Source of the DNA: Candidatus Altiarchaeota archaeon
GTDB taxonomy: Archaea; Altiarchaeota; Altiarchaeia; IMC4; SCGC-AAA252-I15
Reading direction: 5' to 3'
DNA length: 50,115 nucleotides
Assembly: GCA_043800255.1 (NCBI GenBank)
Contig: JAZDNF010000012.1
Location: 1 to 50,115 of the forward strand
In this document: piece after piece, positions 1 to 9,902 of the stretch
Layout of the letters: every line of letters begins with the position of its first letter
How positions within the stretch are numbered: the stretch's first letter is position 1
Notes under the pieces: model-generated
What the model saw: only the letters and a program-made list of their open reading frames with translations
What the model was told of the DNA's origin: nothing
Databases searched by the model: none
Position numbers and translations under genes: made by a program

Positions 1-129
1 AAGCTGATAATCCCTAAAATCAACACCAAAACCAGCACCCTCCAAAACAGAAGTCAAATAAAGAGAACCAAGCGGGACAGTCTTCTTCGACTCGCTCAAA
101 TACAAATTAACCAACGTAATATCTTCCAT
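1..129 (-). CDS. 5' part (runs off window) of a probable cobalamin-binding-domain radical SAM protein
   Basis: Hand translation MEDITLVNLYLSESKKTVPLGSLYLTSVLEGAGFGVDFRDYQL matches the 'I.LVN...PLG.LYL.S.L..AG..V...D' start of B12-binding radical SAM proteins; not in ORF track. Confidence 0.65.
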   Translation of the reverse strand, partial: MEDITLVNLYLSESKKTVPLGSLYLTSVLEGAGFGVDFRDYQL

Positions 130-228
130 CCATCAAACCCCGCTCACCATCGATAAATTATTATTGTGGATTATATCTCTTAAAGATGATTATATGCTAG
201 GAAAAATACTTTGCCAGACTCAATCATG

Positions 229-2646
229 CTAAAGGCTATCTGTGTCACTGACTATTTTGTATATCCATATTGTTGGGCCAGGATGGCTCTCTTGTTGGGG
301 AATATCGTATTTGCCTATTAACATATTCTCGGAGAATATTTCGATAGTCCGGTTTCTGTGGAAACTTGAGAGTTCAAGGCCTACTTTCGCCTGAATCGAA
401 ACATTTAATGGATTGTATATTGAGATGGTAGCGTTCTGTTTCATCCACCTAATACTCCCGTCATCTTCAATATACCAGTAATTCTCGTAGTGTGGACTTA
501 GATTAGCAAAGTATTCAACAGACAAAACAGTGAAATTTTCAAGGTATATGCTGAGGCACCGAGAATCACCTGAGAGAGGGTCCACCTCTGAGGGAATGTC
601 ACAACCAACAGAAGAAAATCTCAATACATTATCACCAAGAGACAAGTTAACAAGAGGGAAATGGTAGTACATGTGACCAGTATCAACAATAAAAGACTCC
701 GGCTTTTCATCTCCCGCAAATACCTCTAGAATCCTCTCCTGGTGGAAGCTCCTGGACCTAAAACCAATTTTCGCATTAATGGACGAGTTATAGGGATTGT
801 TCACGATTATCTCTGCGTTCTGATTCATCCACCTCCAAGGTTCCCCATCCCTCTCCTCCTCAGGATACCAGCCGGAATAATTAAGTGTGAAGTTGTGAGG
901 GGTTGTAGGTATATTCCGAGAGTGAACCAGTAGGTTTGAATAATTTAACGCTATGACGGATATGTTCCTGAATTCGAAACTTAAACACCTGACATCAGTA
1001 CTATCAATGACATGGATAGGGACAGTACAACCATCAAGAGAATGGAACATTATGGTATTCTCGCCAGGGAGGAGAGTAACGTATACTGACTCATACTCTA
1101 AACCACTTGGCGCGAACATCTTTATCAATTCCGCATTCATATTTAGACTTAGAAAATACTTGTCCAAAACATCTCGGACGCCCAAGAACCGTCCGTATTT
1201 AACATAAGGTAAATCACTAAATACTGCATAATGCACGTTCTGGTCAAGTAGCCAACCATAACCCATACTAAGGAGGGACATCTCATCTGCACCACGGTAG
1301 GATAGTACGGTATAGTTCTTCTCAGAAAACTCTAGGTCAGGTGTTAAATCGCCTCTGACAACTACTGCATCTGATGGTACGTTCTCCTCAAACCATTCAA
1401 ATGCCAATGTCCGAGTATCCGTCTCGCCGAAAAGAAAATTATTGATCCATGTTGTTTTATAGAAGGTTGTTTGGAGACTGCTCCAAGGATATAAAAGTAT
1501 AGATAACAGTAGAATCAACGCGAATATTGTAGTGGTTGACTTGCTAGAATATTTTTTGAAAAATCTCGAAAAAGTATTTACTATTTCCAAAAGGAGCATT
1601 GACGCAAATAGCAGAAGGGGGGGGACAATGGGCAGAATATAGCGATCATACTTCAGGGATAATTGAGAGATGCTGAGGTAGTAGGGAACTGCCCAATATA
1701 GTAATACAAGATACTCTCTCCTGAAATGTAATAGCGCATATAATAATCCCAGGATTGATAGAAGTTCAAGTTTGATGCCCAGCCCCTCGCTTAATGGGAT
1801 GCCAAGATAAAAAAACAAACCGGGAGTTTCATCGCTTATCAATGCTCCAGCATCACTAGTCGCAAAATCGAACTGCCTATTGAAATCCTCGAAGAAACCG
1901 TCATAGTCCAGTAGTGTATAGGGCGCCAAAAATAAGTAAGACGCTATAGGCAGAACCAATACAATAAAAATAAGAGAGAGATGTTTCAGGTTCTTTGAGC
2001 CATCAAATTTAATTGAAAAAAGACGCTCTAAGAAGAATGTTATAACAATAGGAATCAGGAGAAGCCCTCCAACGTAGCTTGTTGACGCAGCGAGGCCGGC
2101 TGACACACTAGCCCCCACATAATAACGCACCCCACCTCGTCTGATTGCTAGAACACAAAAATACAAACACAAAGTTATGAAAAAAGTAACGGGCACATGA
2201 ATCACAGCATAATGAGAATGCTCGACATGCAACGGCGCAACAGCCAAGAAGAGCGCGGCAACCATGCCCGTCTTCTCATCAGCTGATTCCTTCCCCAACA
2301 GATAGACCACAAATATCGTTAATGTGCCGAAAAAAGCAGACAAAAAGCGGGAAGTGAGGTATATCAAGGGAGTATCTACATGAACGATACCAATGTGCTC
2401 AAAGAACAATAATGCCTTGTAAGCGAAAGCTGTCAGATAGATCATGAACGGCGGATAAACGAAAAAACGAGGATTCCAATCACCAGATTCAACCATCCGG
2501 ATGGCATTATCCACTATCCTAGGCTCATCCCGATTAAAAATCAGCGGCAAACCAAAACCCAGATTATCAACCCTCAAATAAAAACCAAACAACAGTATTA
2601 GTAAAACAAAAATAACATTTCTGTCCTTCAGATAAAATCCAGTCAT
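229..2646 (-). CDS. Multi-pass GT-C glycosyltransferase (ArnT/PMT family) with large extracellular C-terminal region
   Basis: N-terminal TM, 'RDEP' acidic motif, 'F.YPP', 'SRFLSAFFG.LTI..VYLLG', many TM helices, 'RYILP' motif. Confidence 0.85.
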   Translation of the reverse strand: MTGFYLKDRNVIFVLLILLFGFYLRVDNLGFGLPLIFNRDEPRIVDNAIRMVESGDWNPRFFVYPPFMIYLTAFAYKALLFFEHIGIVHVDTPLIYLTSRFLSAFFGTLTIFVVYLLGKESADEKTGMVAALFLAVAPLHVEHSHYAVIHVPVTFFITLCLYFCVLAIRRGGVRYYVGASVSAGLAASTSYVGGLLLIPIVITFFLERLFSIKFDGSKNLKHLSLIFIVLVLPIASYLFLAPYTLLDYDGFFEDFNRQFDFATSDAGALISDETPGLFFYLGIPLSEGLGIKLELLSILGLLYALLHFRREYLVLLYWAVPYYLSISQLSLKYDRYILPIVPPLLLFASMLLLEIVNTFSRFFKKYSSKSTTTIFALILLLSILLYPWSSLQTTFYKTTWINNFLFGETDTRTLAFEWFEENVPSDAVVVRGDLTPDLEFSEKNYTVLSYRGADEMSLLSMGYGWLLDQNVHYAVFSDLPYVKYGRFLGVRDVLDKYFLSLNMNAELIKMFAPSGLEYESVYVTLLPGENTIMFHSLDGCTVPIHVIDSTDVRCLSFEFRNISVIALNYSNLLVHSRNIPTTPHNFTLNYSGWYPEEERDGEPWRWMNQNAEIIVNNPYNSSINAKIGFRSRSFHQERILEVFAGDEKPESFIVDTGHMYYHFPLVNLSLGDNVLRFSSVGCDIPSEVDPLSGDSRCLSIYLENFTVLSVEYFANLSPHYENYWYIEDDGSIRWMKQNATISIYNPLNVSIQAKVGLELSSFHRNRTIEIFSENMLIGKYDIPQQESHPGPTIWIYKIVSDTDSL

Positions 2647-2685
2647 GTTTCATTAAAAAGTAATCTTACTATTAAATAAGCTCCG

Positions 2686-3795
2686 ATGGCATCGATTACA
2701 AACCTCACGCGAGAGCAAACGTTGATTTTGACTCTGATAAATGGGGATGAAAAGGCAATCCTAGAATCGAGAGGGAAATTAGAAGATGGTGTTAATTGGG
2801 AGTGGATGCTAAAATTCTCAGCGAATAACATGATAGTTCCCATTTTGTACCAACGGCTAAAGGGATGTGAGTCTAAAGATGTGTCTGGACATGTCATCCA
2901 AAAACTAAGGGTTCAAACAGCCTACACAAGCATGAAAAACATTCTGATTGAAAAAGATGTTAGGACAGTGCTCACGGCATTGAATGAGAAGAAGCTGGAC
3001 GTCATACTCCTCAAGGGGTTGATGCTGCAGGAAAAAGTTTACGCGAACAACATAGTCAGGCAGATGGCAGACGTCGACTTGTTGATAAGAGAGGGGGATC
3101 TGGACAAAGTCGAGAACGTGCTTTATAAAAATGGTTTTACGTTTGATACAAACACGTTGGACATAGGAAGGACCTCTAGAGAAGCATGCCTGAAAAATGG
3201 CGACCGAGATTTCCCCTACATAAAAAAGTCAACAGGAACGAAGATAGAACTACGCTGGCACTTTCTAGAACAGTATGATCCGTTCAAGATAAAAATGGAG
3301 GAGATCTGGAGAAGGGCCGAAAAAACGAGGATATGTGGAACAGACACTCTGATCTTGAGTCCGGAAGACCTTGTGATATATCAATGCTTGCACCTCTCAT
3401 ACAAACACATATACTATTCGACTCCATTCAGGGGCCTGATGGACGTGTCAGAGAGCGTTAAAAGGTACTCCAAAGAATTAGACTGGAACCGTCTCGCAAA
3501 AACTTGCAAAGAATGGGAAGTAGCGTCCTTTGTGTATCATCCACTGAAACTTGCAAAAGAATTGATGAACGCACCAGTGCCAGATGAAACGCTTAATTTT
3601 TTGGAGAAAAACAGCTCCAAAATCCAACTAATCAGTCAGGAGTATATTGCAAAAAGAAACTTGTTTAAAACTGAAAGCAGTTATAGGATGGATAGCATCT
3701 TATACGTGTCATTACGGTTGCTGTGGACAGATAACATACATGACAAATTTAGGATAATAAAAAGAGTTGTTCCTAAGATGTTTAGGGACGTTTGA
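2686..3795 (+). CDS. Nucleotidyltransferase family protein (NTP_transf_5-like)
   Basis: 'ILLKGL.L...Y.....R.M.DVDLLI', 'IELRWH' and 'LSPEDL.IY.CLH' motifs. Confidence 0.8.
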   Translation: MASITNLTREQTLILTLINGDEKAILESRGKLEDGVNWEWMLKFSANNMIVPILYQRLKGCESKDVSGHVIQKLRVQTAYTSMKNILIEKDVRTVLTALNEKKLDVILLKGLMLQEKVYANNIVRQMADVDLLIREGDLDKVENVLYKNGFTFDTNTLDIGRTSREACLKNGDRDFPYIKKSTGTKIELRWHFLEQYDPFKIKMEEIWRRAEKTRICGTDTLILSPEDLVIYQCLHLSYKHIYYSTPFRGLMDVSESVKRYSKELDWNRLAKTCKEWEVASFVYHPLKLAKELMNAPVPDETLNFLEKNSSKIQLISQEYIAKRNLFKTESSYRMDSILYVSLRLLWTDNIHDKFRIIKRVVPKMFRDV

Positions 3796-5290
3796 ATACA
3801 CTCTGATCTTGGACGTAGTTTTTTCCTGTTTTGAGAGCTATTTCGGCCTTCATCAGCTCTCTCCCGAGGTAGGCTGCGTGTTCTGGGCTGATTTTCTCTT
3901 TGAAGCAGATGGTCTTAGAAAGTTCAGCTGCGTTAGCGCCCTCATATACTCTGAGGGGTTTGTCCTTTGAGTACTTCACCGCGAAAATTTTCGAACCTTT
4001 AAGATAAATCCTGTAGGAAGTTGAGTCGAGGTCAGGTTTGCTCTCCTTCACCCTCACGGGTTTCAACTTCCTGGTTCTCGAATCGATGATGGGCTCTATT
4101 TTCTTTTTGTCCTTCAGCATAAGAAGGTCAACTCCCAAATCCTTGGGCTGCTGGCCTCTGACGTCGGCAAGGAACGTCAACTTGGAAGCCTTCTTGAGTT
4201 CGGACACTGAACCCCGGGTCTTGTTGCTGGCCTCGGTCGTGAAAAGGAAATCAATTTTAAGGTCTTGGGCGAAAGCGGCCAGGAGTGCATTTACGCCGAC
4301 AGAGTCTGCATCCAAGAGTTCGGTCACGTTGCCAACGCCCAACATAGTTGGGACATCAGGATACTTTTCCCTGAAAAGCTTATAGCCTAGGAGCGAATCA
4401 GAGAACCCTGAAATAGGCGGCCTCATGATAGGGTCAACGATATAATTTTTGAAACCGTTCTCCTCGCACGCTTGCATCATCGTCTCAAGGACAGCAACCC
4501 GCTCTGGCGCTGCCTCCGGAATCCTCCCGGCGGAGTCTTCGGGTATCAGAACCGCAGGGCACTTAAGCCGTTTAGTAAGACGGAGATTAGGCATTCCGAT
4601 GCTCAGTACCATGTCCGCAATCCCGTTAGCTGCGAGAATCTCACGCTCATCTAGAGTGTCAATGCTGACTGGAGTGAGTATGGAACGTTTGACTGCCGAT
4701 ACCATCTCCGAAACCGACTTAGAGTTGTCCTCTCCCGCTATCATTCCCAGGTCAACTATCGCAGCCCCAGACTTAACAAGGTATTTCGCCCTCCGCCTCA
4801 GCTCTGCCTTGGAAAGCAGCGGAGCATCAGGTATTTCGGCGATGATTCGGAAAGGCCGCCTACCGCCCACCAGGACCTGGCTCTTTTTCCCTATTGCGAA
4901 ATGAAAATCCGCTGAAGTATGTGCAGCAACCTCGGACTCTGCCTGCTCTGCATCCCTAAGGGCTAGGAGGTCATCCGCGGGCTTTTTTGTTGAGAGTTCT
5001 ACTGAATCTATGACCTTCAAAAGCTCTGGCAAGTCTGCGACATTCTTCGTGCCCTTGTAGCAGGGAACACCAAGCTCTTTTGAGATCACTGAAATGTCAC
5101 CGCTAACATATCCTGGGACCAGGATCATGGAAACCCCCCTCAGATTCTCATTCCGCAGTTCCTTAAGGATTCTGGCGGGGGATAGCAGCGCAGCCACGCT
5201 AACCATGCAGACGTGCACCTGATGGCCAGCAGAAACGCCTCTGACCCGTCCTTCAGCCTCTCTCCCGGTCACAAGAAGTATCCTATCCAT
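3782..5290 (-). CDS. Archaeal dihydropteroate synthase-like (pterin-binding) protein with C-terminal DUF4346-like domain
   Basis: 'ILLVTGREA', 'IIAEIPDA', 'GAAIVDLG', 'PVSIDTL', 'GVGNVTELLDADSVGVNA', 'HAAYLGRELMKAE..L..G..YVQD'; start taken at MDRILL. Confidence 0.85.
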   Translation of the reverse strand: MDRILLVTGREAEGRVRGVSAGHQVHVCMVSVAALLSPARILKELRNENLRGVSMILVPGYVSGDISVISKELGVPCYKGTKNVADLPELLKVIDSVELSTKKPADDLLALRDAEQAESEVAAHTSADFHFAIGKKSQVLVGGRRPFRIIAEIPDAPLLSKAELRRRAKYLVKSGAAIVDLGMIAGEDNSKSVSEMVSAVKRSILTPVSIDTLDEREILAANGIADMVLSIGMPNLRLTKRLKCPAVLIPEDSAGRIPEAAPERVAVLETMMQACEENGFKNYIVDPIMRPPISGFSDSLLGYKLFREKYPDVPTMLGVGNVTELLDADSVGVNALLAAFAQDLKIDFLFTTEASNKTRGSVSELKKASKLTFLADVRGQQPKDLGVDLLMLKDKKKIEPIIDSRTRKLKPVRVKESKPDLDSTSYRIYLKGSKIFAVKYSKDKPLRVYEGANAAELSKTICFKEKISPEHAAYLGRELMKAEIALKTGKNYVQDQSVFKRP

Positions 5291-5341
5291 CCACTTACTT
5301 TTTAGTAGGCTGAGCATATTATTATAACTTAGGGTGATGTG

Positions 5342-5584
5342 ATGGAATACGACGTCGAAGTGCGGATAAACCTGAAAAAAGGGGTTCTTGATGCCGAGGG
5401 GGAGACCATTGAGAAGTCGCTGAAGCTTCTGGGATATGATGTCAAAAAGGTTGAGACAGTGAAGGTCTACAGGATAAAAATTGCAGCTAAGTCGAAAAAA
5501 GATGCTGAGGCGACGATAAAGGACGCCTGCGAAAAGCTTCTGGCCAACCCGGTAATACAGGAATATGATATCAGGGTGGAGTGA
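5342..5584 (+). CDS. purS: FGAM synthase subunit PurS
   Basis: '[10 protein letters not shown]' and '[10 protein letters not shown]'; directly before purL. Confidence 0.95.
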   Translation: MEYDVEVRINLKKGVLDAEGETIEKSLKLLGYDVKKVETVKVYRIKIAAKSKKDAEATIKDACEKLLANPVIQEYDIRVE

Positions 5585-7890
5585 TGTACGAACGGATAGC
5601 AGAAGGCGTTGAAGCCTTCGAAGTCAAGATTCTCGATGCGGACAAGAAAACCCTGCTGAAACTGAGCAGGGACAGGATGCTCGGACTGTCTCAGGATGAG
5701 ATGGTCAAGCTGCAGGGTTACTTCAAGAAGGAAGGCAGGAATCCGACTGACGTTGAGGTTGAGGCGCTGGCCCAATCGTGGAGCGAACACTGCTGCTACA
5801 AGACGTCGAAACCGATACTCAAGAGGACAGTCTTCAGCATAGAGGCTCCGCAGAACATCTGCGTTATTTCTGAGGATGCCGGCGTTGTCGACTTCGACAA
5901 AGACCATGCGTACGTCGTCGCCCTGGAATCCCACAATCATCCGAGCGCGTTGGACCCCTACGGCGGGGCGGCGACCGGCATCGGAGGCATACTCAGGGAC
6001 GTGGTCTGCATGGGAGCCCAACCTATCGCACTCATTGACCCGCTGTTCTTCGGGCCGCTGGACTACAAGTACGGGAAGCTGCCTGAGGGGACAAAACACC
6101 CCAAATACCTCCTGAAGGGAGTAGTGAGCGGCATAGCGGACTACGGCAACAGGGTCGGAATCCCAACAGTCGCTGGGATGGTGTACTTCGATGAAAGCTA
6201 CGTCGTGAACTGCCTCGTGAACGTGGGATGCGTTGGCATGATCAGAAAGGAGAACATCGTAAGAAGCAGAGCCGGAGGCGTGGGCGACGTTTACATAATG
6301 GCTGGAGGTAAGACCGGCAGAGATGGAATCCACGGAGTCACATTCGCGTCTGCTGAGCTGACGGAAAAGAGCGAGCAGGAGAGCAGGCCTGCCGTGCAAT
6401 TGGGTTATGCTATAATGAAAGAGCCGCTCATCCACGCCTGCCTCGAAGCCAACGAGAGGAAACTTCTCACAGGGCTGAAGGACTTCGGCGGAGGCGGGCT
6501 CTCGTGTGTGTCAAGCGAGATGGCCCACGCCGCAGGGCTTGGGGCGACAATATACCTGGACAAGGTGCCGTTGAAGGAGGAGGGCCTGGCACCGTGGGAG
6601 ATATGGGTATCAGAGTCGCAGGAGCGGATGATGTTCACAGTAAAACCCGAGAACGTTGACAAGGTCTTGGAAATATTCGAATTCTGGGACGTGCCTGCGA
6701 CAGTCGTCGGCAAAGTGGATAACAGCAGGAGGATGAGGGTAGAGTACAAAGGAAAGATTTTATTGGACCTTGAACTCGAGTTCCTCACGGCAGGAGTCAT
6801 GTACAACAGGCCTTACAAGTACAAGAGGAAGAAGGTTGCTGAGAAGAAGTTCAGCATGCCCAAACTCGAGAAGACTGCCAAATTGATTCTGGCAGACCAT
6901 AATGTTGGCAGCAAGGAGTTCATAATCAGAAGATACGACCACGAGGTGAGAGCGAGTACTATATTGAAGCCCATGCAGGGCGTGGTGAACAGCCAGACGC
7001 ACGGCGACGCCGCGGTCCTGAAGCCGCTGACAGACAGCTTCCAAGGCCTTGCGATAACATCCGACGTCAACCCCACATACTGCAAGATGGACCCATACTG
7101 GGGCTCAGCATCTGCGGTCGATGAGGTGATAAGGAACCTCGTTGCAGTAGGCTCCAGGCCGCATTCGATGGCAGACTGCCTGAACTTCGGCAACCCTGAG
7201 AAAAAGGAAAGGCTCGGAGACTTCGTAAAAGCGACCGAAGGCCTGCATTATGTCGCAGACTACTTCAGGATACCATTCGTCTCAGGGAACGTCAGCCTTT
7301 ACAATGAGAGCAGCCACGGCAGCGTCGCGCCCACGCCAACACTGCTTGGCGTAGGCATGGTCGACGACGTGAGGAAGACTGTCACCGTAGACCTGAAGGA
7401 GAATGGCAGCCTAATCTACCTGATAGGGAAAACAAGGAGGGAGCTTGGCGGTTCCGTCTACTACAAGATAATGAAAGCAAGGGGCGGGGCAGTTCCGAAG
7501 GTTTACCCAGAGGAGACGAAGGCTAACATGGAGGCTCTGCTGAAGCTGATGGCGGATGGCACCATAAGAAGCTGCCACGACCTTGCGGAAGGCGGCTTGT
7601 TTGTAACGCTGGCTGAGATGGCTTTCGGAGGCAACCTTGGATTAAGGTTGAACCTCGCGGGTATGGAAAAACTGAGAGCAGACGTCAAACTCTTCTCAGA
7701 ATCAAACGGCAGATGGGCCATAGAGGTCAGGAAAAAAGACGCTGACAAATTAGAAAAAAGTCTGGATTGCAGACTCCTGGGGGAGACGACATCAGAGAGG
7801 AAGTTTGAGTTTACAGACGGGAAAACAAGGTTGAACCTTGACCTAGAAGAGCTCAGGAATATCTGGAAGAGGAGTGTGGAGGAGGAATGA
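5581..7890 (+). CDS. purL: FGAM synthase subunit PurL
   Basis: 'WSEHCCYK', 'ESHNHPS', 'TGRDGIHG', 'SESQERM', 'LNFGNPE'. Confidence 0.98.
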   Translation: MMYERIAEGVEAFEVKILDADKKTLLKLSRDRMLGLSQDEMVKLQGYFKKEGRNPTDVEVEALAQSWSEHCCYKTSKPILKRTVFSIEAPQNICVISEDAGVVDFDKDHAYVVALESHNHPSALDPYGGAATGIGGILRDVVCMGAQPIALIDPLFFGPLDYKYGKLPEGTKHPKYLLKGVVSGIADYGNRVGIPTVAGMVYFDESYVVNCLVNVGCVGMIRKENIVRSRAGGVGDVYIMAGGKTGRDGIHGVTFASAELTEKSEQESRPAVQLGYAIMKEPLIHACLEANERKLLTGLKDFGGGGLSCVSSEMAHAAGLGATIYLDKVPLKEEGLAPWEIWVSESQERMMFTVKPENVDKVLEIFEFWDVPATVVGKVDNSRRMRVEYKGKILLDLELEFLTAGVMYNRPYKYKRKKVAEKKFSMPKLEKTAKLILADHNVGSKEFIIRRYDHEVRASTILKPMQGVVNSQTHGDAAVLKPLTDSFQGLAITSDVNPTYCKMDPYWGSASAVDEVIRNLVAVGSRPHSMADCLNFGNPEKKERLGDFVKATEGLHYVADYFRIPFVSGNVSLYNESSHGSVAPTPTLLGVGMVDDVRKTVTVDLKENGSLIYLIGKTRRELGGSVYYKIMKARGGAVPKVYPEETKANMEALLKLMADGTIRSCHDLAEGGLFVTLAEMAFGGNLGLRLNLAGMEKLRADVKLFSESNGRWAIEVRKKDADKLEKSLDCRLLGETTSERKFEFTDGKTRLNLDLEELRNIWKRSVEEE

Positions 7891-8696
7891 AAGCTGCTGT
7901 CTTGAGGATTGAGGGCACCAACTGCGAGGATGAGATGAAAGTCGCGCTGGATTCTGTCAACATTGAAACCGAGATAATACACCTGAAGCAGGTTACAGGA
8001 GACTGCAATGAGAAGCTCAGACGGGACATATTCGACTACGACGTGATAATGCTGCCAGGAGGATGGTCTGCCGGAGACTACGTCCGAGCTGGAGCCATAT
8101 TCGCAGCCAGGATGAAAAGCAAGCTGAGGCCGAAATTCGAGGAATACGTCAAAGACGGCAGACTGCTTGGAGGCATATGCAACGGCTTCCAGGTGCTGGT
8201 AGAATTCGGGATACTCCCAGGACTGAACGGCATAAGCCCGAAGCCTGAGGCAGTGCTGACCAATAACAGCAACTCAAGATTCCAGTGCAGGCCGGCATAC
8301 CTGAAGCACATCAGCAGATGTGCGTTCACGGGGAAGATGCCCAAAGGCGCGATAATTCAGGTGCCAGTCGCGCACGCAGAAGGCAGGCTGACGTTCGGGT
8401 TGAAGGAAAAAGAATACGTGAAAATACTTGAAGAGAATGGACAAATCGTCTTCAAGTACTGCAAAGATGATGGAAGCGAAGCAGATGGAACTTTTCCATG
8501 GAATCCGAACGGCAGCGTCTCAGACATCGCAGGAATCTGCAACCCTGATGGGAATGTCCTGGGCATGATGCCACACCCCGAGAGGGTCATCTCCAGCATA
8601 CAGCAGGCTGACTGGACTCGAAAAGACTACAAGACTGGAGACGGCAGAGCATTCTTCGAAAGCATAGCAGAATACCTGAAAAAAAGAGGTAGATAG
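7887..8696 (+). CDS. purQ: FGAM synthase glutaminase subunit PurQ
   Basis: 'GTNC', 'GICNGFQ', 'AHAEG', 'NPNGS', 'GMMPHPER'. Confidence 0.98.
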   Translation: MKAAVLRIEGTNCEDEMKVALDSVNIETEIIHLKQVTGDCNEKLRRDIFDYDVIMLPGGWSAGDYVRAGAIFAARMKSKLRPKFEEYVKDGRLLGGICNGFQVLVEFGILPGLNGISPKPEAVLTNNSNSRFQCRPAYLKHISRCAFTGKMPKGAIIQVPVAHAEGRLTFGLKEKEYVKILEENGQIVFKYCKDDGSEADGTFPWNPNGSVSDIAGICNPDGNVLGMMPHPERVISSIQQADWTRKDYKTGDGRAFFESIAEYLKKRGR

Positions 8697-8697
8697 T

Positions 8698-9102
8698 TTA
8701 CCTGCTCTTTCCAGCAGACTCTAGAGTGGAAAGCAGCTTCCTAGGGTCTGTGCCGGAGGGACTGCGAGTGACGACGTCCAAGAATGCCTTGATCTGTCTT
8801 TCAGAGAGGTGATCAGCATCCAAAGTCGGACTGAAAGACAACGCAAGCAACAGCCCATTAGCCCAACCAGTCCCACTCCTCTTGTCTGCGAGGATTCCGA
8901 CAACACGTTCCCTCTCATCGAGGTCGAACTTTAGAAGTGAGTTCTCCAATCCAGTAAGGAAAGGAGAGCCCTCGCCGAGATTCTGATCTCGTTTAAGCTC
9001 CTTGACAAAGTAGCTGTCGATGATTTTCCCCCTGAGCTCCCTGAGGAAGGGTATCGGCTCAGGAACCTCATCAGATCCTTTGATTCTACTAAGGACTTTC
9101 AC
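8698..9102 (-). CDS. Hypothetical protein
   Basis: 134-aa ORF filling the gap between pcn and purQ, co-oriented with pcn; no motif recognised. Confidence 0.5.
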   Translation of the reverse strand: MKVLSRIKGSDEVPEPIPFLRELRGKIIDSYFVKELKRDQNLGEGSPFLTGLENSLLKFDLDERERVVGILADKRSGTGWANGLLLALSFSPTLDADHLSERQIKAFLDVVTRSPSGTDPRKLLSTLESAGKSR

Positions 9103-9116
9103 AGGTCAAACAAATT

Positions 9117-9848
9117 TTAGACGCTTTCTATCCTGGGGGCGAGGTAGTAGACTACCCTGCCCTCTCCGAGAGCGTACTCTACCTTAAGGGGCGCGTCAGA
9201 TTTCATGCTGAGGATGACAACGCTCGGAATCTCGGCAGCCTTCAGCAGGTTATTGAGGTGCTCGAGCGAGAAGACGGCTCTAGCCTCCTTCTTGACGTTC
9301 ATGCCGAGGATGCTGTCCTCGGCGAATGATATGTCAGCGGAGCCTGTGTCGCCGTCGGACTTTATACTCAAACCGCCGTTAATCTTCAATGCCACGTGGT
9401 TGCTCACGAGCTCAGCGTCCTTCAGAGCCTCCTTTATCACATCCGGGGCGATTTTCACCTCAGCAGTGAAGTCGATTTTCGGCTCCTTTGGGGGAGTAGA
9501 CGTCGAATCTATGATGGAGATGTTGAACGTCCTCTTGGTGCTCCCATTGAACACGATGTTAAGCCTCTTGTCAAGCGACAGATCGATCTTATCCTCAGAC
9601 CTGGACCGCTTCGTAATCTTAAGCAGGTCTGAGAAGTCAACTCCGATGCTGGTATGCTTGTCAAGCTCGTACTTCTCGAACGCCTTAGCCGGGAGGAAGA
9701 AGTCTATGAGCGCTATCTGGGAGGGGTCCATGGCCCTCAGCTTTATACCATCAGACTCCAGCTGGAGCGTGCCCTCATCAATCAGTGCGGAAATCGCCTC
9801 AATACTGTTCTTCCACGACTTAGTGTCGGATATTGCAGCCTTGAACAT
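9117..9848 (-). CDS. pcn: PCNA sliding clamp
   Basis: 'LRAMDPSQIALID' and C-terminal 'YYLAPRIE'. Confidence 0.98.
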   Translation of the reverse strand: MFKAAISDTKSWKNSIEAISALIDEGTLQLESDGIKLRAMDPSQIALIDFFLPAKAFEKYELDKHTSIGVDFSDLLKITKRSRSEDKIDLSLDKRLNIVFNGSTKRTFNISIIDSTSTPPKEPKIDFTAEVKIAPDVIKEALKDAELVSNHVALKINGGLSIKSDGDTGSADISFAEDSILGMNVKKEARAVFSLEHLNNLLKAAEIPSVVILSMKSDAPLKVEYALGEGRVVYYLAPRIESV

Positions 9849-9902
9849 ATCACATCAACCCACGTGTATATCTATTGACCCTAGCATTATAAAAGGTTAC
9901 GG

